From Sedimentisphaerales bacterium (GTDB taxonomy: Bacteria; Planctomycetota; Phycisphaerae; Sedimentisphaerales; SM23-30), in contig CAXXMR010000019.1 of assembly GCA_963663805.2 (NCBI GenBank), positions 32,001-96,000 of the forward strand: 64,000 nt of DNA, in the 5' to 3' direction. Each line of letters opens with the position of its first letter. Within the stretch, counting starts at the first letter, position 1. A model generated the notes under the pieces. That model did no database searches and was not told the origin of the DNA. It saw nothing but the letters and a program-made list of their open reading frames with translations. The position numbers and the translations under genes were made by a program. Shown here one piece after another: positions 27,452 to 37,083 of this stretch.

Positions 27452-28882
27452 TTAGCCGAGGTATACTATGTCGCCGGAGGTTAGCTTTCTGAGCTGGCGG
27501 TGTTTCTGGGCGAGTTCTCTATCGTCCAGGGCAAAGAGTGGTGAGATTTCTATGAGGCAGTCGATCGAGCCATCTTCTTTGTGAGGGACACTTATGCCGG
27601 CTTTTTCCATCCATCGGGCGGCACGTTGAATTTGCATGATTTGTGAGCTTTGGAGGCTGTCTACGCCAGAGGCATTTTTGATAGGGGCGAATTCGTCGTC
27701 TCGGTCAATGCCGAGAATGATTGAAGTGTCGGCCAGGGGCAGGGCGTCGAAAACGAAGGTTTCGAGTTTGACGGCGTTGGTTTTTTCGGGCTGAACGAGG
27801 TTTCCGGTTGAGTCGATATAGGGGACACGTTTAACAGCTCGATGCCAGGGCAGGGAGAATCCGTGTTCATTGATGCGTTCGATGAAGGTCCGGCTGATGA
27901 CGTGGATGGCGATGCTGCCGGCTTCGAAGAGTAGTTGGCCGTCGGGTCTGGTTTGCAAAGCAAGTTCATCGGGCAGGTCGCTGTATTCGATGACGGTTAC
28001 CTTGCCGTTGACGAGGCAGAAGTTACCGACTTTTTCGAGGGGCTGACATTTAATGACTGCCTTACTGGACATTTCGGCGTTATCGACCGCCTGAAGGCCG
28101 ATGAAGAGTGGGTCGATGACTTTAACAAGGGGGTTGTCGACCTGGAAGTAGCTGATGTGTTCTATGCCTCGGCGGTCCATATCGTCTACGGCCCCGCTGT
28201 TGTAGAGGGCTCGGAGTGAGCCGCCGTGTCCGTCGGGTGACATAGCAAGTGATGATTTTGAGCTGAGCAGGATTTTCCCGTTCTGGTCGAAGCAGGGCAT
28301 CATGCCCTGGGGGAAGTGCATGACATCTTTTTTGTTGAGACCGAAATAGTCGTTTTTTTCGAAACTGTCTATGGTGTCCTGATGGTTTGCGGGGCTGGTC
28401 ATGATATACCAGGGGATTACGCTATTGAAACGTCTTTGCCAGGCGAGGATTTGTTCGGCGAAGACTCGGAAGAGTGTTTTGTTGCGTACGGCGGTGGCGG
28501 GCACGTTTCCTTTTGGTCCGTCGAAGTTAAGGCGGGTTCCCTGTCCGCCGGCGACGGTGAAGGCGGCGACTTTGTGTTCGGCGATAAGATTTTCGCCGCG
28601 TTCGAGCGCCTTCTGGTATTTGGCTTCGAGTTCTGGGGTGGGGTGAATGGGGTAAACTTTTGGAGGCAGGATTTGGTCGGGGAGTTTGATTTGTGGTTCG
28701 CTGGTGACGTATTCGGGGATTAGACGGTTGATGAGCTTCCAATCGAGTGAGGCGACCTGGTCGAGCAACTCGATTTTTTGGGTCTGGTCGAGTTCGTCGG
28801 CGAACTGCATGAGATGTTCCTGGCCGTGTCGGGCGAGGAGTTTTTTGGCTGCTTCTACTTTGCTGCGGATGGTCTGGGCCAT
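27452..28882 (-). CDS. UDPGP type 1 family nucleotidyltransferase (UAP1-like UDP-N-acetylglucosamine pyrophosphorylase)
   Basis: AGGQGTRL..GPKG, WYIMTS, PDGHGG, QVDNPL, EKVG, VIEYSDLP, KLETFVFD, EFAPIKN. Confidence 0.9.
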   Translation of the reverse strand: MAQTIRSKVEAAKKLLARHGQEHLMQFADELDQTQKIELLDQVASLDWKLINRLIPEYVTSEPQIKLPDQILPPKVYPIHPTPELEAKYQKALERGENLIAEHKVAAFTVAGGQGTRLNFDGPKGNVPATAVRNKTLFRVFAEQILAWQRRFNSVIPWYIMTSPANHQDTIDSFEKNDYFGLNKKDVMHFPQGMMPCFDQNGKILLSSKSSLAMSPDGHGGSLRALYNSGAVDDMDRRGIEHISYFQVDNPLVKVIDPLFIGLQAVDNAEMSSKAVIKCQPLEKVGNFCLVNGKVTVIEYSDLPDELALQTRPDGQLLFEAGSIAIHVISRTFIERINEHGFSLPWHRAVKRVPYIDSTGNLVQPEKTNAVKLETFVFDALPLADTSIILGIDRDDEFAPIKNASGVDSLQSSQIMQIQRAARWMEKAGISVPHKEDGSIDCLIEISPLFALDDRELAQKHRQLRKLTSGDIVYLG

Positions 28883-29111
28883 GATGGTGTACCTTATTAA
28901 TGTGCGGGTGAACCGCTATGGGTAATTTTATCCCGCTAAAGAATTTCGATTATTAACATTTCCAATGGGGTTCGATTATTGCGGGAAAGGTTCGGTTTGT
29001 CCAGTGGGGGAAGACAATTTGTGAGGTTTTTTGGTCAGATAACAAGAGGAACAGGGGTAAATGCCGATATATTATGAGGTTGAGGTGTTTGAGGCGGGGG
29101 GTGAGATTTGA

Positions 29112-30152
29112 GTGAATTATAGGTTTAAGTATTTTAATGACAGGGTATTAGGCGAAATGAAAGAGGGAATGGGCAATTTTGGCTGGTTTTTTTGGGCGGC
29201 ACTACTGATACTGCTTATAGGACCTTCGGTTCTGCCGGGTCAGGGTGGTTATCGTCGGGCGATAGATGATCCGCTGGGTTTGCAGAAGGCGGCGGTTTAT
29301 GATGTTTATGGTGAGTTTGCGGTTCGGGGTACTAAACTTCACCGGCCTAGTCTGGTTAAGATGCTTAATACGGGGGTGCGTCGTCTGTCGGGTTTGGAGG
29401 ATGCGAAGGCTGCGTGGCGTGAATTTATTCACGATGATGATGTGGTGGCTTTGGTTTTTACGTGGGTGGGTGGTCATGATTTGGGTACTAACCGGGGACT
29501 GGCGGGGGCGTTGATAGAATGTCTGGTTGGGGTGGGGTTCAAGAAAGAGAATTTGATGCTGGTGGGTCTCGATGACTTGCCGGATGAGGCGGCGGGCACT
29601 CGGCCTTTCAAGTATGGGTGGCGACGTGAGAAGAGCAGCTTTGGAGCGGACAGTGATTATCTGGCGGGGTGGCTGGATGAGGTTACGGCGATAATTGATG
29701 TGCCGTCGATTATGGATGATAATGTTATTAATCTGCGTTGCTGTCTGGCGAATCTTTCTTTGCCGCTGCTGAAGAGTCCGGCGAAGCTATATGACTATAT
29801 GATGGAAAATCCGGGCGACCCTTTTATTCCGGAAGTTTATGAGATGGCGGAGATTCGGGGTAAGGTTCGGCTGCATATCGCTAACGGTTTGCGGCTGTTG
29901 TATTACGGCGGGCCGGATGTTCGGCAGGTTTATGTGAACGAACGCAGTACGCTGCTGTTTAGTCTGGATCCGGTGGCGCTGGATAGGGTGGCGTTGGAGA
30001 TAATCCGGCGGTCGCGGCTGACGATGCCGCTGCCGACGACAGCGGAGGTTGATTTGGAAGCTTCATATCTGCGGACGGCGATGGCGATGGGGCTGGGGTA
30101 TGATGACCTCAATTTTATTGATTATGTTCATTTGCGGCATGATAAAGATTAA
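29112..30152 (+). CDS. DUF362-like protein with N-terminal hydrophobic segment (start may be 29169)
   Basis: MLNTGVRRLSG...AWREFI..DDVVAL, IIDVPSI, LFSLDPVALDRVA, AMAMGLG. Confidence 0.6.
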   Translation: MNYRFKYFNDRVLGEMKEGMGNFGWFFWAALLILLIGPSVLPGQGGYRRAIDDPLGLQKAAVYDVYGEFAVRGTKLHRPSLVKMLNTGVRRLSGLEDAKAAWREFIHDDDVVALVFTWVGGHDLGTNRGLAGALIECLVGVGFKKENLMLVGLDDLPDEAAGTRPFKYGWRREKSSFGADSDYLAGWLDEVTAIIDVPSIMDDNVINLRCCLANLSLPLLKSPAKLYDYMMENPGDPFIPEVYEMAEIRGKVRLHIANGLRLLYYGGPDVRQVYVNERSTLLFSLDPVALDRVALEIIRRSRLTMPLPTTAEVDLEASYLRTAMAMGLGYDDLNFIDYVHLRHDKD

Positions 30153-30220
30153 ATTCTAAATCCGGTTTAATAAATCAACGATGTCACAACTTTTTTTTGG
30201 GGGAAAAAAGTGATTTTGGC

Positions 30221-30249
30221 TTGCCAAAAGGCTATTATGCCGATATAGT
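30221..30249 (+). promoter_or_regulatory. sigma70-type promoter of the ilvB operon
   Basis: TTGCCA-17 bp-TATAGT. Confidence 0.6.
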
Positions 30250-30255
30250 CAAGTG

Positions 30256-30366
30256 TTCGGGAGTCGCGGCGAGAGCATAACGCCCGCTTTCCGGCTGGGA
30301 TCGCTTTCAGGATGAAACGATCTGGGCCTTTACGGACCGCTCGACGGACGTTGCGACCGACCCGAA
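30256..30366 (+). promoter_or_regulatory. Candidate structured 5' leader RNA of ilvBNC
   Basis: Nested pairings TTCGGG/CCCGAA, GTCGCGGCG/CGTTGCGAC, GATCG/CGATC, TTTCA/TGAAA. Confidence 0.5.
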
Positions 30367-30400
30367 AAAACCGATGGCGAATGTAAGAAGGAGCCATAAC

Positions 30401-32143
30401 ATGGGTAAATCACCATCCAAAGAGTCCCCATCCTCTGGGGCAGAGTCTTCCCCCGCCCTCCTCAAAGGAGCGCAGATTTTCTGCGAAGTCTTGCTGCGAG
30501 AAGGAGTTGAGACAATGTTCGGCTATCCCGGCGGGGTAGTCTTACCAGTCTTCGACGCCCTCTATGACAGCCCGGTAAATTTCATTCTGGCCCGTCATGA
30601 GCAAGGTGCCACTCACATGGCTGACGCCTACGCCCGCGCGACTGGCAAAGTCGGCGTTGTGCTGGTAACCTCCGGTCCCGGCGCTACTAACACTGTGACC
30701 GGTCTGGCGACGGCGTTTATGGACTCTATACCAATGGTGGTATTCACCGGCCAGGTCAAAACTCCCCTGATAGGTAATGATGCTTTTCAGGAAGCGGACA
30801 TGACCGGTATTACCAGGCCTATTACCAAACATAATTACATCGTTAAGGATGTAAATGACCTTGCTCGCATCATGCACGAGGCATTTCATATCGCCCGTAC
30901 AGGCAGGCCCGGCCCGGTCCTTATCGACCTTCCGGCTGATGTTTCGGCTGCTGTGACCGAACTTAAGAACAGCCGTGAGATGAATCTGCCTGGCTATAGA
31001 ATTCGTGAAGGCGGTCATCTCCGTCAGATTAAACGGGCTGCCGACGCTATTAACGACTCTCAGAAACCGGTGATTTATGCCGGAGGCGGAGTTATAGCGG
31101 CGGGCGCCTCAAGTGAACTGAACGAGCTGGTACAGAAAGCCAATGTGCCCATCACCACGACTTTGCTGGGGTTGGGGTGCTTTGATGAAAGCGACCCTAA
31201 GTCCTTGCATATGTTGGGGATGCATGGTACAGCCTACGCCAATTTCGCGGTTCAGCAATGTGATTTGCTGATAGCTATCGGGGCACGGTTTGACGACCGC
31301 ATCACCGGTGATATTAAGCGTTTCGCCCCTCACGCCAAGGTCGTTCACGTCGATATTGACCCGACGAGCATTTCCAAAAGCGTGAAGGTCGATATTCCGG
31401 TGGTGGGTGATGCCCGACAGATACTGACCGAAATGGTCAAGCTGGTGGAGCATCGGGACCGTGAGGAATGGTTCGCCACAATCGAAGGCTGGAAAACGAC
31501 TTATCCGCTCACCTACGATAACGAAGGTGAAGGTATTCGTCCTCAGTACGTAATTGAGGAATTGTCCCGCCAAACCAAAGGCAAGGCGATTATCTGTACG
31601 GGCGTAGGTCAGCACCAGATGTGGGCGGCCCAGTTTTATGAATTTAAGCAACCCCGTCACTTTATCAGTTCGGGCGGGCTGGGGACGATGGGTTTTGGTT
31701 TTCCGGCCGCTATCGGGGCCCAGATAGCCTTTCCCGGCGCGACAGTCATTGATATTGACGGCGACAGCAGCTTCTCGATGACCCTTAATGAGCTGCCGAC
31801 CGCTGTCCAGAACGAGCTTCCGGTCAAGATTTGTCTGCTGAACAATGGCTATATGGGCATGGTTCGTCAGTGGCAGGAGCTTTTTTATAACAAGCGTTAC
31901 AGCAAGAGTTTCCTGCAGCATCCTGACTTTGCCAAAGTCGCTGAGTCTTTCGGTGCGGCAGGTATGACCGTTACCAAGAAATCTGAGGTTCCGGCTGCTG
32001 TCGAGAAGATGCTGTCTGAAAAGCGTTGCTGCCTGGTCGATTTCCGCATAGTACGTGAGGAAAACGTCTGGCCTATGGTAGCGGCAGGCAAAGGACTCCA
32101 TGAGATGTCCGGTTTACCGGCGGAAAGTGCCGAATTACTCTGA
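30401..32143 (+). CDS. ilvB: Acetolactate synthase large subunit
   Basis: [56 protein letters not shown] 30401 after GAAGGAG. Confidence 0.97.
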   Translation: MGKSPSKESPSSGAESSPALLKGAQIFCEVLLREGVETMFGYPGGVVLPVFDALYDSPVNFILARHEQGATHMADAYARATGKVGVVLVTSGPGATNTVTGLATAFMDSIPMVVFTGQVKTPLIGNDAFQEADMTGITRPITKHNYIVKDVNDLARIMHEAFHIARTGRPGPVLIDLPADVSAAVTELKNSREMNLPGYRIREGGHLRQIKRAADAINDSQKPVIYAGGGVIAAGASSELNELVQKANVPITTTLLGLGCFDESDPKSLHMLGMHGTAYANFAVQQCDLLIAIGARFDDRITGDIKRFAPHAKVVHVDIDPTSISKSVKVDIPVVGDARQILTEMVKLVEHRDREEWFATIEGWKTTYPLTYDNEGEGIRPQYVIEELSRQTKGKAIICTGVGQHQMWAAQFYEFKQPRHFISSGGLGTMGFGFPAAIGAQIAFPGATVIDIDGDSSFSMTLNELPTAVQNELPVKICLLNNGYMGMVRQWQELFYNKRYSKSFLQHPDFAKVAESFGAAGMTVTKKSEVPAAVEKMLSEKRCCLVDFRIVREENVWPMVAAGKGLHEMSGLPAESAELL

Positions 32144-32224
32144 TTTCAGCCGTACTCAATGCTGGACAGATAGTCCCCCGGCTCATAAAATACCCGAACC
32201 AAAACCCCCAGGGGTTTGTGAAAT

Positions 32225-32719
32225 ATGCAGGTGAATACTATGAAACGTACATTAAGCGCATTAGTGCAGAACCAGCCCGGCGTTCTGGCCCATGTGGCCG
32301 GCATGTTCGCCGCGCGTTGTTTTAACATTGATTCTCTGGCCGTTGGCCGGACCGAAGATCCTAATCTCTCCCGTATGACCATTGTCGTTATCGGAGATGA
32401 TAACACTATCGAACAGGTCCGCAAGCAGTTGGCCAAAATCATACCGGTTGTAAAAGTCCATGACTTTACCGGTGAAAACCTGGTCCAACGTGACCTCATG
32501 CTCATCAAAGTTGCGGTAACTCCGGAAAAAAGGCCTGAAATTCAGGCAATTGTCGAGATGTTTCAGGCAAAAGTGGTGGACATCGGCCCAAAATTTGTTA
32601 TGGTTGAGATCGCCGGCCCCGAACAGAAGATCGAAGCTTTTATAGACACATGTCGTCCTTATGGGGTCAAGGACGTCGCCAGAACCGGAATGATAGCAAT
32701 GCCGCGGCACACTAAGTAA
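32225..32719 (+). CDS. ilvN: Acetolactate synthase small regulatory subunit
   Basis: ACT domain VQNQPGVLAHVAGMF...FNIDSL, SRMTIV, ARTG. Confidence 0.95.
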   Translation: MQVNTMKRTLSALVQNQPGVLAHVAGMFAARCFNIDSLAVGRTEDPNLSRMTIVVIGDDNTIEQVRKQLAKIIPVVKVHDFTGENLVQRDLMLIKVAVTPEKRPEIQAIVEMFQAKVVDIGPKFVMVEIAGPEQKIEAFIDTCRPYGVKDVARTGMIAMPRHTK

Positions 32720-32753
32720 GCCCGGCCCAAAATTCCAAGGAGATTTTATTACT

Positions 32754-33761
32754 ATGAGCAATGCCAAAATCTATTACGAAGCAGACGCACCCAAGACCGG
32801 ACTCGAAGGTAAGACCGTTGCTGTTATCGGCTACGGTTCGCAGGGTCACGCCCACAGCCAGAACCTCCGCGACAGCGGTATGAGCGTTATTGTCGCGGAG
32901 CTGGAAGGCACGGAAAATTACAAACTGGCGGAAAAGCACGGTTTTAAGCCGATGAAGGCCTCGGACGCTGTCAAGCAGGCCGACCTGATTATCATCACTC
33001 TGCCGGATGAATGGCAGAGCAAGATTTATGAATCAGAAATCTCGCCGAATCTCAGTGCGGGCAAAACCCTGGGTTTCTGCCACGGTTTCAATATCCACTT
33101 CAAGTACATCACTCCGCCGGACAATATCAACATCGTTATGATCGCCCCGAAGGGTCCGGGCCATCTGGTCCGCAGTGAATATGTCAAAGGCGGCGGTGTG
33201 CCGTGTCTTATCGCGGTGGAAAAAGACGCTGACGGCAAGGCCAAAGATGTCGCGTTGGCCTGGGCCAATGGTATCGGCGGTGCCCGCGCGGGTATCCTTG
33301 AAACCACCTTCAAAGAAGAAACCGAAACTGACCTTTTCGGCGAACAGGTTGTTCTCTGCGGCGGTCTGACGGCTCTTATCAAAGCCGGTTTCCAGACTCT
33401 GGTTGATGCTGGTTACCAGCCGGAAGTGGCATACTTTGAATGTCTGCATGAAGTAAAACTCATCGTTGACCTGATGTACGAAGGCGGCATGAGCTACATG
33501 CGTTACAGTATTTCCAACACGGCTGAATATGGCGACCTGACCCGCGGCCCGCGTCTGGTAACTGATGCAACCAAGGCTGAAATGAAGAAGATTCTGGACG
33601 AAATCTGCACCGGCAAATTCGCCAAGGAATGGATAGACGAAGTCAACGGCGGCATGAAAAACTTCAAGGCACTGTACGAGATGGATCATGACGGTACCCT
33701 GGAGCAAGTCGGCCGTAAATTACGGAATATGATGTCATGGATCGACGCAAAGGAAGTCTAA
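32754..33761 (+). CDS. ilvC: Ketol-acid reductoisomerase
   Basis: IGYGSQGHAH, APKGPGH, ETETDLFGEQ, SISNTAEYG. Confidence 0.98.
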   Translation: MSNAKIYYEADAPKTGLEGKTVAVIGYGSQGHAHSQNLRDSGMSVIVAELEGTENYKLAEKHGFKPMKASDAVKQADLIIITLPDEWQSKIYESEISPNLSAGKTLGFCHGFNIHFKYITPPDNINIVMIAPKGPGHLVRSEYVKGGGVPCLIAVEKDADGKAKDVALAWANGIGGARAGILETTFKEETETDLFGEQVVLCGGLTALIKAGFQTLVDAGYQPEVAYFECLHEVKLIVDLMYEGGMSYMRYSISNTAEYGDLTRGPRLVTDATKAEMKKILDEICTGKFAKEWIDEVNGGMKNFKALYEMDHDGTLEQVGRKLRNMMSWIDAKEV

Positions 33762-33762
33762 T

Positions 33763-34959
33763 ATGAGCAAAAAGAAAAAAGTTGCTAAAAAGGCTGTGAA
33801 GAAGACCGTTAAGAAGGTCACCCCCCCCAAACCGGTTGCAAAGACGAAGCCCACGGTTGCCAAATCCAACAAGGCTGTTGTGAGCAAATCCCGGTCTCGT
33901 TCGGTGGTCGCTGGGGCGGCGGTGCCCAAACCGGCTGTTGACCTGGAGCGTTTGCTGGAGCTTGACTTCGTGCGTACGACCGAAGCGGCTGCTCTGAACG
34001 CCTATCGCTGGCTGGGTCGGGGCAACGCTCAGGCTGCCCATGCGGCCGCTGTGGATGCCATTCGCGGCACTCTGGATCTTTCCAGTGTATCGGGTACGGT
34101 ACTTTTCGGCGACGGGACCAAGCCCCAGCCCGGCGGGATTACGCCCGGCGAACAGTTGGGAAACTGGGGACCTGGTTCTCTCCAGATGGACCTGGCGATG
34201 ATACCGATTGACGGTTTGCGTCTGGTCGAACAAGGTCTGTGGGGTGCCATCGCGGTGCTGGTTGCGGCCCGCAGTGACGATGATATGCCGGCCCTGACAC
34301 CGATTGCCTCGAAGTACATGGAGAAGATCGCTTTCGGTCCTGCGGTTCAGGAAGGTCCGGGCAGAGTACATCTCAATGCTTCGGTTCGTGACAATCTTGA
34401 GATCGTGGCCATGAAACTCGGCAAGCGTGTTCAGGACCTGAACGTGGCGGTGCTCGATCGTAAGCGTCACGAAAAACTCGTTAAGGATATTCGTCAGGCA
34501 GGCGCTTCGGCGCGGTTGTTTACTGACGGCGACATTGCCGGCTGTATGGCAGCCTGTATGCCCAACACGGGTGTCGATGTCTTTATGGGTACGGGCGGTT
34601 CGACCGAGGCGGTACTAGCCGCGGCGGCCATCAAGTGCATGGGCGGTGAAATCCTCACCCGCATGGCACCGGTTGATAGCAAAGAAGAAAAACAAATCGT
34701 CAAGGAAATGGGCGACGGCGTTCTCAAGAAGATTTATACTGCCGACGACCTCGCCCGCGGCGATAAGGTTGTGTTTGTCGCTACCGGAATTACCGACGGT
34801 AATATCCTGCGCGGCGTTCACGTAGACGGCCAGTCGGCTTCGACATCTTCGATAGTTATGCGTTCCCGCTATCGCACCGTTCGCAAGGTCAAGGCGACCC
34901 ATGACCTCAGCCATAAGACCATCCGGCTCCGCAGTGCTGAGGCCGAGGCCAGACTGTAG
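33763..34959 (+). CDS. glpX: Class II fructose-1,6-bisphosphatase (GlpX) homologue with Lys/Ala-rich N-terminal extension and degenerate active site
   Basis: VRTTEAAAL..RWLGRG, YMEKIAFGP, LDRKRH, DGDI, GTGGSTEAV, FVATGITDG. Confidence 0.82.
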   Translation: MSKKKKVAKKAVKKTVKKVTPPKPVAKTKPTVAKSNKAVVSKSRSRSVVAGAAVPKPAVDLERLLELDFVRTTEAAALNAYRWLGRGNAQAAHAAAVDAIRGTLDLSSVSGTVLFGDGTKPQPGGITPGEQLGNWGPGSLQMDLAMIPIDGLRLVEQGLWGAIAVLVAARSDDDMPALTPIASKYMEKIAFGPAVQEGPGRVHLNASVRDNLEIVAMKLGKRVQDLNVAVLDRKRHEKLVKDIRQAGASARLFTDGDIAGCMAACMPNTGVDVFMGTGGSTEAVLAAAAIKCMGGEILTRMAPVDSKEEKQIVKEMGDGVLKKIYTADDLARGDKVVFVATGITDGNILRGVHVDGQSASTSSIVMRSRYRTVRKVKATHDLSHKTIRLRSAEAEARL

Positions 34960-34960
34960 T

Positions 34961-35278
34961 ATGACAAACCCCGGCAGTGATGATGTATTTGAAATTGTCG
35001 AACCTTTAGGCAAAAGGGTTCTCATCCGCAAGGACGAGGACAAAAAAGAAACCAAAGGCGGTATTCGTTTGCCCGACAATATCGAAATACCTACCATTAC
35101 CGGGAGAATTGTCGCGGTTTCGGCTGAAATAGAGTCCGACCCGCTGGTGCCTTTGCAGCAGTACGACAAAGTACTGTTCAACCCTAAAAGCGCCATCCCG
35201 GTCGACTTTGAAGGCAAGAATCGGCTATTTGTTGTTGATGTTGAACATGTGGTAGCGGTCTTCCGAAGAAACCGATAA
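34961..35278 (+). CDS. GroES/Cpn10-family co-chaperonin
   Basis: EPLGKRVLIR...ETKGGIRLPD...GRIVAV...DKVLF. Confidence 0.8.
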   Translation: MTNPGSDDVFEIVEPLGKRVLIRKDEDKKETKGGIRLPDNIEIPTITGRIVAVSAEIESDPLVPLQQYDKVLFNPKSAIPVDFEGKNRLFVVDVEHVVAVFRRNR

Positions 35279-35356
35279 TTTTCTTAGCGATTTACAATCA
35301 AAACCGTGCCTGGATATACCAACCAGTCGCGGTTTTTTATTACCCAATCTTCCCCC

Positions 35357-35385
35357 TTGCATCGTGTGGCCGCTTCTGCTAGACT
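35357..35385 (+). promoter_or_regulatory. sigma70-type promoter of the pyr operon
   Basis: TTGCAT-17 bp-TAGACT with extended -10. Confidence 0.55.
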
Positions 35386-35512
35386 GGCCCAGGTCAAATG
35401 AACTCCAACGGGCCTTTTGCGTAGTAACGCAAGTAACAAAATCGAAGCGGCCTTTCTGGAACCTGACCCCGCCCGGCACAGGCTGGCTGTGTAAGAAAAT
35501 AACGGTGAATCC

Positions 35513-36037
35513 ATGGACATACTGAACGAAGAACAAATTGCCCACCTGCTCCGCAAAATCGCTGGTGAAATCGCCGCGGATTCCGATTCCCGCAAATCCA
35601 TTGCCCTTATCGGCATACGTTCCGGCGGAGAAATTCTCGCCCAGCGTCTGGCCCGCATACTCAAAGAGCAGCATCAAATCACCGCTGATTGCGGCGCTCT
35701 GGATATTACTCTCTATCGCGACGATATTAACCAGATGGGTTCGTCAGGACAGCCCACGGTCAGGGCTACTGAGATTGATTTCGGTGTCGATAATCGCGTT
35801 GTGGTTCTGGTCGATGATGTTATGCAGACGGGACGGTCGATACGGTCCGCTCTGGACGCTTTGACGGCCTTGGGGCGGCCTCGTGTTATTCGTCTGGCGG
35901 TGCTGGTTGACCGGGGACATCGCGAAATTCCTATTCAGCCGGACTTTACCGGGACAAAATTTGACGCGCCGACCACCAGGAAAATCATTCTCCAGCTCAA
36001 AGAAACTCAGGGTCGCGACGAGGTGATACTCGAATAA
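35513..36037 (+). CDS. pyrR: Pyrimidine operon regulator / uracil phosphoribosyltransferase PyrR
   Basis: LDITLYRDD, VLVDDVMQTGRSIR.ALDAL, LVDRGHRE.PI. Confidence 0.93.
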   Translation: MDILNEEQIAHLLRKIAGEIAADSDSRKSIALIGIRSGGEILAQRLARILKEQHQITADCGALDITLYRDDINQMGSSGQPTVRATEIDFGVDNRVVVLVDDVMQTGRSIRSALDALTALGRPRVIRLAVLVDRGHREIPIQPDFTGTKFDAPTTRKIILQLKETQGRDEVILE

Positions 36038-36060
36038 ATTTTCATGCTAAAGGATGTTTC

Positions 36061-37077
36061 ATGACAATTTTTACCGGTAATGCAAAACCCGGCCCAATTC
36101 CGGCGGACCCCGGCGTTGGAAATCCTCAGCCGTTTATCTGGCAGCGTAAACATCTGCTGGGGCTCAGGGATTTGTCGCGGGCAGAACTTGTCCACCTGCT
36201 CGATACCGCCGAAGGGTTCAAAGAGGTATCTCGCCGTTCGATAAAAAAAGCTCCTCCGTTACGCGGCAAGGTTGTGGTCAATCTTTTTTTTGAGGACAGC
36301 ACCCGCACCCGCAACAGTTTTTCGCTCGCCGCCAGCCGCCTCAGTGCCGATGTATTGGAATTCACCGCCAAAGGTTCCAGCATTTCCAAAGGTGAAACTT
36401 TGCGTGACACCGCCCGCAATATCGAAGCGATGGGCGTTGACATTGTCGTGATACGTCATCAGGCCAGCGGCACGGCCCAATTGCTCAGTAAATGTATTGA
36501 CGCCTGTGTCGTCAACGCTGGCGACGGCTCCCACGAGCATCCCACCCAGGGGCTGCTCGATATATTCACAATTCGCGAACTGCGCCCGGACCTCACCGGC
36601 TTGAAAGTTGCTATCGTCGGCGACATTGCTCATTCCCGTGTTGCCCGCAGTAATATCTGGGGACTTAACACGCTCGGTGCTAAAGTTTATCTGGTTGGGC
36701 CTCCGACTCTTATGCCGCCGGAAGTAGGTAAATGGCCTGTTACTGTTTGTCACGACTTCGATGAAATTATCGGCGAGATGGACGTGCTGAATATGCTTCG
36801 TGTTCAGTTTGAGCGAATCGGCAGTTCGGTTTTTCCGTCTGTGCGTGAATATTCCCGCCTCTTCGGTCTAACCGCAAAGCGCCTGCATCGCGCGAAAAAA
36901 GATGTCATCGTCATGCACCCCGGCCCTATCAACCGCGGGCTCGAACTCGAAAGCGAAGTTGCCGACGGGCCCAACAGTACCATACTTCGCCAGGTGTCGA
37001 ACGGCGTGACCATACGCATGGCCGTCCTGTTCCTTGTCAATCAAGCCGCGATGGCCCAGAACAAAACAGAGTACTAA
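36061..37077 (+). CDS. pyrB: Aspartate carbamoyltransferase catalytic subunit
   Basis: FFEDSTRTR, NAGDGSHEHPTQ, GDIAHSRVARS, MHPGPINRG. Confidence 0.97.
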   Translation: MTIFTGNAKPGPIPADPGVGNPQPFIWQRKHLLGLRDLSRAELVHLLDTAEGFKEVSRRSIKKAPPLRGKVVVNLFFEDSTRTRNSFSLAASRLSADVLEFTAKGSSISKGETLRDTARNIEAMGVDIVVIRHQASGTAQLLSKCIDACVVNAGDGSHEHPTQGLLDIFTIRELRPDLTGLKVAIVGDIAHSRVARSNIWGLNTLGAKVYLVGPPTLMPPEVGKWPVTVCHDFDEIIGEMDVLNMLRVQFERIGSSVFPSVREYSRLFGLTAKRLHRAKKDVIVMHPGPINRGLELESEVADGPNSTILRQVSNGVTIRMAVLFLVNQAAMAQNKTEY

Positions 37078-37083
37078 AAAACA

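Noticed and set aside
30256..30366. SRP RNA, 6S RNA, T-box or attenuator peptide
   Set aside because: No SRP GGAA-loop/AGCAG motif, short for 6S, no T-box sequence, and the short ORF lacks Leu/Ile/Val runs; kept only as an unknown leader
31109..32101. 330-aa antisense ORF (likewise 36868-38013, 33664-34470, 33033-33707)
   Set aside because: Shadows of well-conserved genes on the opposite strand, with no recognisable motifs
35465..35490. Canonical PyrR-binding loop
   Set aside because: CCCGGCACAGGCT matches ARUCCNGNGAGGYU poorly and no terminator follows
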